Below, piece after piece: positions 59,600-64,000 of a stretch of DNA of 64,000 nt. The position numbers and the translations under genes were made by a program. Source of the stretch: Azolla caroliniana (lineage: Eukaryota; Plantae; Polypodiophyta); contig JBHGNT010000011.1 of NCBI GenBank assembly GCA_043228905.1, positions 16,306,001 through 16,370,000 on the forward strand, given 5' to 3'. Numbering within the stretch: the stretch's first letter is position 1; each line of letters opens with the position of its first letter. The notes under the pieces were generated by a model. It was not told where the DNA came from and did not search any database. It worked only from the letters and a program-made list of their open reading frames with translations.

Positions 59600-61654
59600 A
59601 AAACAAGAAGAGTAGATATTAGCATTAACAACACTTACATCCGAAGAATATTAATTACAAAATGTTACACACATACATGCATATGCCTTATGTGTCACAT
59701 ACTTCAAATCTAAGATGCCTATCTCATTGGTAGAACTATCGGTCCTAGTGCGGTAGGTCATCAGTTCAATCCTGGTTGCGCCCTAAAACAAGAAGAGTAG
59801 GTATTAGCTTTAACAACACTTACATCCGAAGAATATTAATTACACAATGTTACACACAAACATGCATCTGCTTATGTGTCACATACTTCAAATCTAAGAT
59901 GCCTATCTCAGTGGTAGAACTATCGGTCCCAGTGCGGTAGGTCATTAGTTCAATCCTCCTTGTGCCCTAAATCAAGAAGAGTATTAATTACCTCCAACAA
60001 CACTCCCAGCCCGAGATTATTAATTTCAAATATTTGCAAACGAACATGCGTATCCCTTATATGTCAAATATAACACAAACATGCATATGGATTATGTTTC
60101 GAATCTATGATGATATGAATACTCTCGCCAAGAAGTATTCTTGAATATTGGAATAAACTAAAGAACCAATCATGGGTGTATAGCTTAATGGTGAAGCAAT
60201 CGGTTGTAGTCGGATAGGTCATCAATTTAATCCTCATTGTGCCCTCAAGCAAGTAGAATATAGATTACCTCCAACAACACTCACAACTTGAGCTTATTCA
60301 TTTTAAATAATTGCATAGGAACATGCGTATCCGTAATGTGTCAAATATGGCACTTGATTTCGGTCATGGAGAGCGCGAAGGCACGTTGCCTCAGTCTATG
60401 TGTACTTAGGGTTTTGATTACTTTTGGCCCGATTCAAATACATCAACGGTGTATTGCAACAACACTCACAAAGAAAGATTATTAATTTCAAATCTTTGCA
60501 CACGAACATGATACAAATACTATTGCCAAGAATCTTGTTGGATATTAGAGTTAAACAAAAGAATCCATGAAGGGTGCATAGCTCAGTGGTAGAGAATTCG
60601 GCTGCAGTCCGATAGGTCATCAGTTCAATCCTGGTTGAGCCCTAGAACAAGAAGAGTAGGTATTCCCATTAACAACATTTACATCCTAAGAATATTAATT
60701 ACAAAATGGTAGCCACAAATCTGCATATGCCTTATGTGTCGAATGTTTCAAATCTAAGATTATCTGAATACTAGCTGTAAGAAACATTCAAAGATGATAT
60801 AAATACTATTGATAAGACCTGTTAGAAACATTCGAAGATGTTGTGAATACTATTGATAAGACGTCTTTAATATAGGGTATTGAAATAAACACAAGAACGA
60901 ATAATAAGTGCATAGCTCGGTGGTAGAACAATCGGTCGTAGTACGATAGGTGATCAGTTCAATCCTCATTGTGCCCTAAATCAAGAAGAGTATAAATTAC
61001 CTTCAACAACACTCACAACCCGAGATAATTAATCTCAAATATTTGCAAACGAACATGGGTATCCCTTATGTGTCAAATATAACACAAACATGCATATGTA
61101 TTATGTGTGGAATGTTTCAAATCTTGGATGATATGAATATTATCTGTAAGAAGTATTCTTGTATATTGGAATAAACAAAATGGTCAATCATGGGTGCATA
61201 GCTCAACGGTGGAGCAAACGGTTGCAGTCCGATAGGTAATAAACTTAATCCTCATTGTGCCCTCAAGTAAGAAGAATATATATTACCTCCAACAACACTT
61301 ACAACTTGAGCTAATTCATTTCAAATAATTGCATAGGAACATGCGTATCCCTGATGTGTCAAATATGGCACTTCATTTCGGTGCATGGAGAGCGCGAACG
61401 CACGTTGCCTTAGTCTATGTGTACTTAGGGTTTTGATTACTTTTGGCCCGATTCAAATACATCAAGGGTGGACAACAACAACACTCACAAAGTAAGATTA
61501 TTAATTTCAAATCTTTGCACACGAACATGATACAAATACTATTGCCAAGAATCTTGTTGGATATTAGAGTTAAACAATTAGATCAATATCTTGTTTTTGG
61601 GGGGTTTCATTAAAAAAAGGTTTTTTGATGCTGTCATGTACATCAAATTTTTTT

Positions 61655-61803
61655 TCCAGTTACATAGCAAATCTACTTGCTAAGCCTTTCAAGCAATCAG
61701 AAAGCCTAGTGTATTGCGATGCGTGACTCGACCGTATATTTCGATCACCACAGACTAAACCCAACCTGTCATCTCATACGACGATGGGATGCCTCCACTT
61801 GCA
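61655..61803 (+). pseudogene. rpoC1: Nuclear plastid DNA fragment: rpoC1 exon 1 end plus start of its group II intron
   Basis: 61658-61720 translates to SYIANLLAKPFKQSESLVYCD, matching the conserved plastid RpoC1 segment SYIANLL(A/D)KPLKELE(S/G)LVYCD. It is followed at the known intron position by GCGTGA..., resembling the intron 5' end GTGTGA. Recognised from memory, not by search. Confidence 0.8.
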
Positions 61804-61814
61804 AAATCCATGAA

Positions 61815-61886
61815 GGGTGCATAGCTCAGTGGTAGAGCAATCGGCTGCAGTCCGATAGGTCATCAGTTCAATCCTGGTTGCGCACT
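61815..61886 (+). tRNA. trnC-GCA: tRNA-Cys(GCA)-like copy with one acceptor-stem mismatch
   Basis: Matches the consensus except for the 3' TGCGCAC. Confidence 0.45.
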
Positions 61887-64000
61887 AAAACAAGAAGAGT
61901 AGGTATTACCATTAACAACACTTACATCCTAAGAATATTAATTATAAAATGGTAGCCACAAACATGCATATGCCTTATGTGTCGAATGTTTCAAATCTAA
62001 GATTATCTGAATACTAGCTGTAAGAAACATTCTAAAATGATATGAATACTATTGATAAAACCTGTAAGAAACATTTTAAGATGATATAAATACTATTGAT
62101 AAGACGTCTTTAGAACAGGGTATTGGAATAAACCCAAGAACGAATAATAACTACATAGCTTGGTGGTAGAACATTCGGTCGTAGTGCGATAGGTGATCAG
62201 TTCAATCCTCCTTGTGCCCTAAATCAAGAAGAGTATAAATTACCTCCAAGAACACTCACAACCCGAGATAATTAATTTCAAATATTTGAAACGAACATGG
62301 GTATCCCTTATGTGGCCAATATGACACAAACATGCATATGTATGATGTGTCTATTGTTTCAAATCTAAGATGATTTGAATATTTTCGGCAAGAAGTATTC
62401 TTGGATATTGGAATAAACAAAAGAGCCAATCATGGGTGGATTGCTCAATGGTGGAGCAAATGGTTGCAGTCCGATACGTAATCAACTTAATCCTCATTGT
62501 GCCCTAAAGCAAGAAGAGTATATATTACCTTCTACAACACTCTCACGTTGAGCTTATTAATTTCAGATGATTGCACAGGAACATGCATATCCCAAGTGTG
62601 TCAAATATGGCACTGAATTTCAGCGAATGGTGAGTGCGAATGCACGTTGGCCCACTCTATGTCTACGGAGGGTTTTGATTACTTTTGGCCCGATTCAAAT
62701 ACATCAAGGGTGGACTCCAACAACACTCAGAAACTAGGATTATTAATTTCAAATCTTTGCACACGTACATGACACAAATACTATTGCCATGAATCTTGTT
62801 GGATATTGGAATTAAACAAAAGAATCCATGAAGGGTGCATAGCTCAGTGGTAGAGTAATCGGCTGCAGTCCGATTGGTCATCAGTTCAATCTGGGTTGCG
62901 CCCTAAAACATGAAGAGTAGGAAATAGCTTTAACAACACTTACCTCCGAAGAATATTATTTACAAAATGTTACACACAAACATGCATTTGCCTTATGTGT
63001 CAAATGTTTCAAATCTAAGATGCCTATCTCATTGGTAGAACTATCGGTCTTAGTGCGGTAGGTCATCAGTTCAATCCTCGTTGTGCCCTAAATCAAGAAG
63101 AGTATAAATTACTTTCAAAAACACTCACAAGCTGAGATAATTAATTTCAAATATTTGCAAACGAACATGGATATCCCTTATGTATCAAATATAACACAAA
63201 TATGCATATGTATTATGTTTCGAATGTTTCAAATCTAAGATGATATGAATATTATCGGCATGAAGTACTCTTGGATGTTGGAATATACCAAAGAGCCAAT
63301 CATGGGTACATAGCTCAATGGTGGAGCAAACGGTTAGAGTTCGATAGGTAATCAACGTAATCCTCATTGTGCCCTCAAGCAAGATGAATATAGATTACCT
63401 CCAACAATACTCACAACTTGAGCTTATTTATTTCAATTAATTGCATAGCAACATGCGTATCCCCGATGTGTCAAATATGGCACTTCATTTTGGTGCATGG
63501 AGAGCGCGAACGCACGTTGCCTCAGTCTGTGTACTTAGGGTTTTGAATACTTTTGGCCCGATTAAAATACATCAAGGGTGGACAGCAACAACACTCACAA
63601 AGTAAGATTATTAATTTCAAATCTTTGCATACGAACATGATACAAAAACTATTGCCAAGAATCTTATTGGATGTTGGAGTTGAACAAAAGAATCCATGAA
63701 GAGTGCATAGCTCAGTGGTAGAGCAATCGGCTGCAGTCCGATAGGTCATCAGTTCAATCCTGGTTGTGCCCTAAAGCAAGAAGAGTATATATTACCTTCT
63801 ACAACACTCTCAAGCTGAGCTTATTAATTTCAAATTATTGCACAGGAACATGCGTATCCCAAGTGTGTCAAATATGGCACTGAATTTCAGCGAATGGTGA
63901 GTGCGAACGCACGTTGGCCCACTATATGTCTATTGAGGGTTTTGATTACTTTTGGCCCGATTCAAATACATCAAGGGTGGACTCCTACAACACTCAGAAA

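Larger units (their letters stand above)
56413..64000 (+). repeat. tRNA-Cys satellite, block 4 (about 23 copies, ~1-kb higher-order repeat), continues past the window
   Basis: Best-conserved 'A' copies at 56937, 57885, 58562, 59528, 60572, 61815, 62833 and 63701, with diverged B/D and C copies in between. Confidence 0.94.

Noticed and set aside
59714-59784. Functional amber suppressor tRNA
   Set aside because: Three acceptor-stem mismatches, broken D and anticodon stems, and C at position 33.
61740-61790. Minus-strand resemblance to 26S rRNA (GGGTTTAG...TGA)
   Set aside because: Short and patchy; the plus-strand rpoC1 exon-intron match explains the segment better.
56760-63749. Repeated minus-strand 60-75-aa ORFs (MTYRTAADCSTTELCT...) as a small Cys-rich peptide family
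   Set aside because: They are the antisense translation of the tRNA body and spacer, and many copies are broken.

Overview
Heterochromatic land-plant nuclear DNA with no host protein-coding genes. A non-seed plant (fern, lycophyte or bryophyte) is inferred from the retroelement lineages and a plastid fragment. The scaffold is a tandem array of about 40-45 degenerate tRNA-Cys(GCA)-derived units, all on the + strand, in four blocks: 21615-25775, 36430-36941, 42542-43522 and 56413-64000. The array has higher-order structure and a few copies that still fold into a cloverleaf. It is interrupted by nested LTR retrotransposons, most of them delimited by TG..CA ends and target-site duplications (TSDs). 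These comprise six Ty1/copia copies (two fully intact, one open to the window edge, three decayed), one copia solo LTR, two non-chromovirus Ty3/gypsy copies of one family (one intact, with a tRNA-Trp PBS), two decayed self-priming chromoviruses, and one internally deleted tRNA-Arg-primed Athila/Tat-like element. Main observations: the tRNA satellite itself; four copia insertions clustered 54-80 bp downstream of tRNA copies; a covarying self-priming duplex; two -1 frameshift signals; and a small plastid rpoC1 fragment inside the array. All coordinates and counts were read by eye, and no database searches were run.
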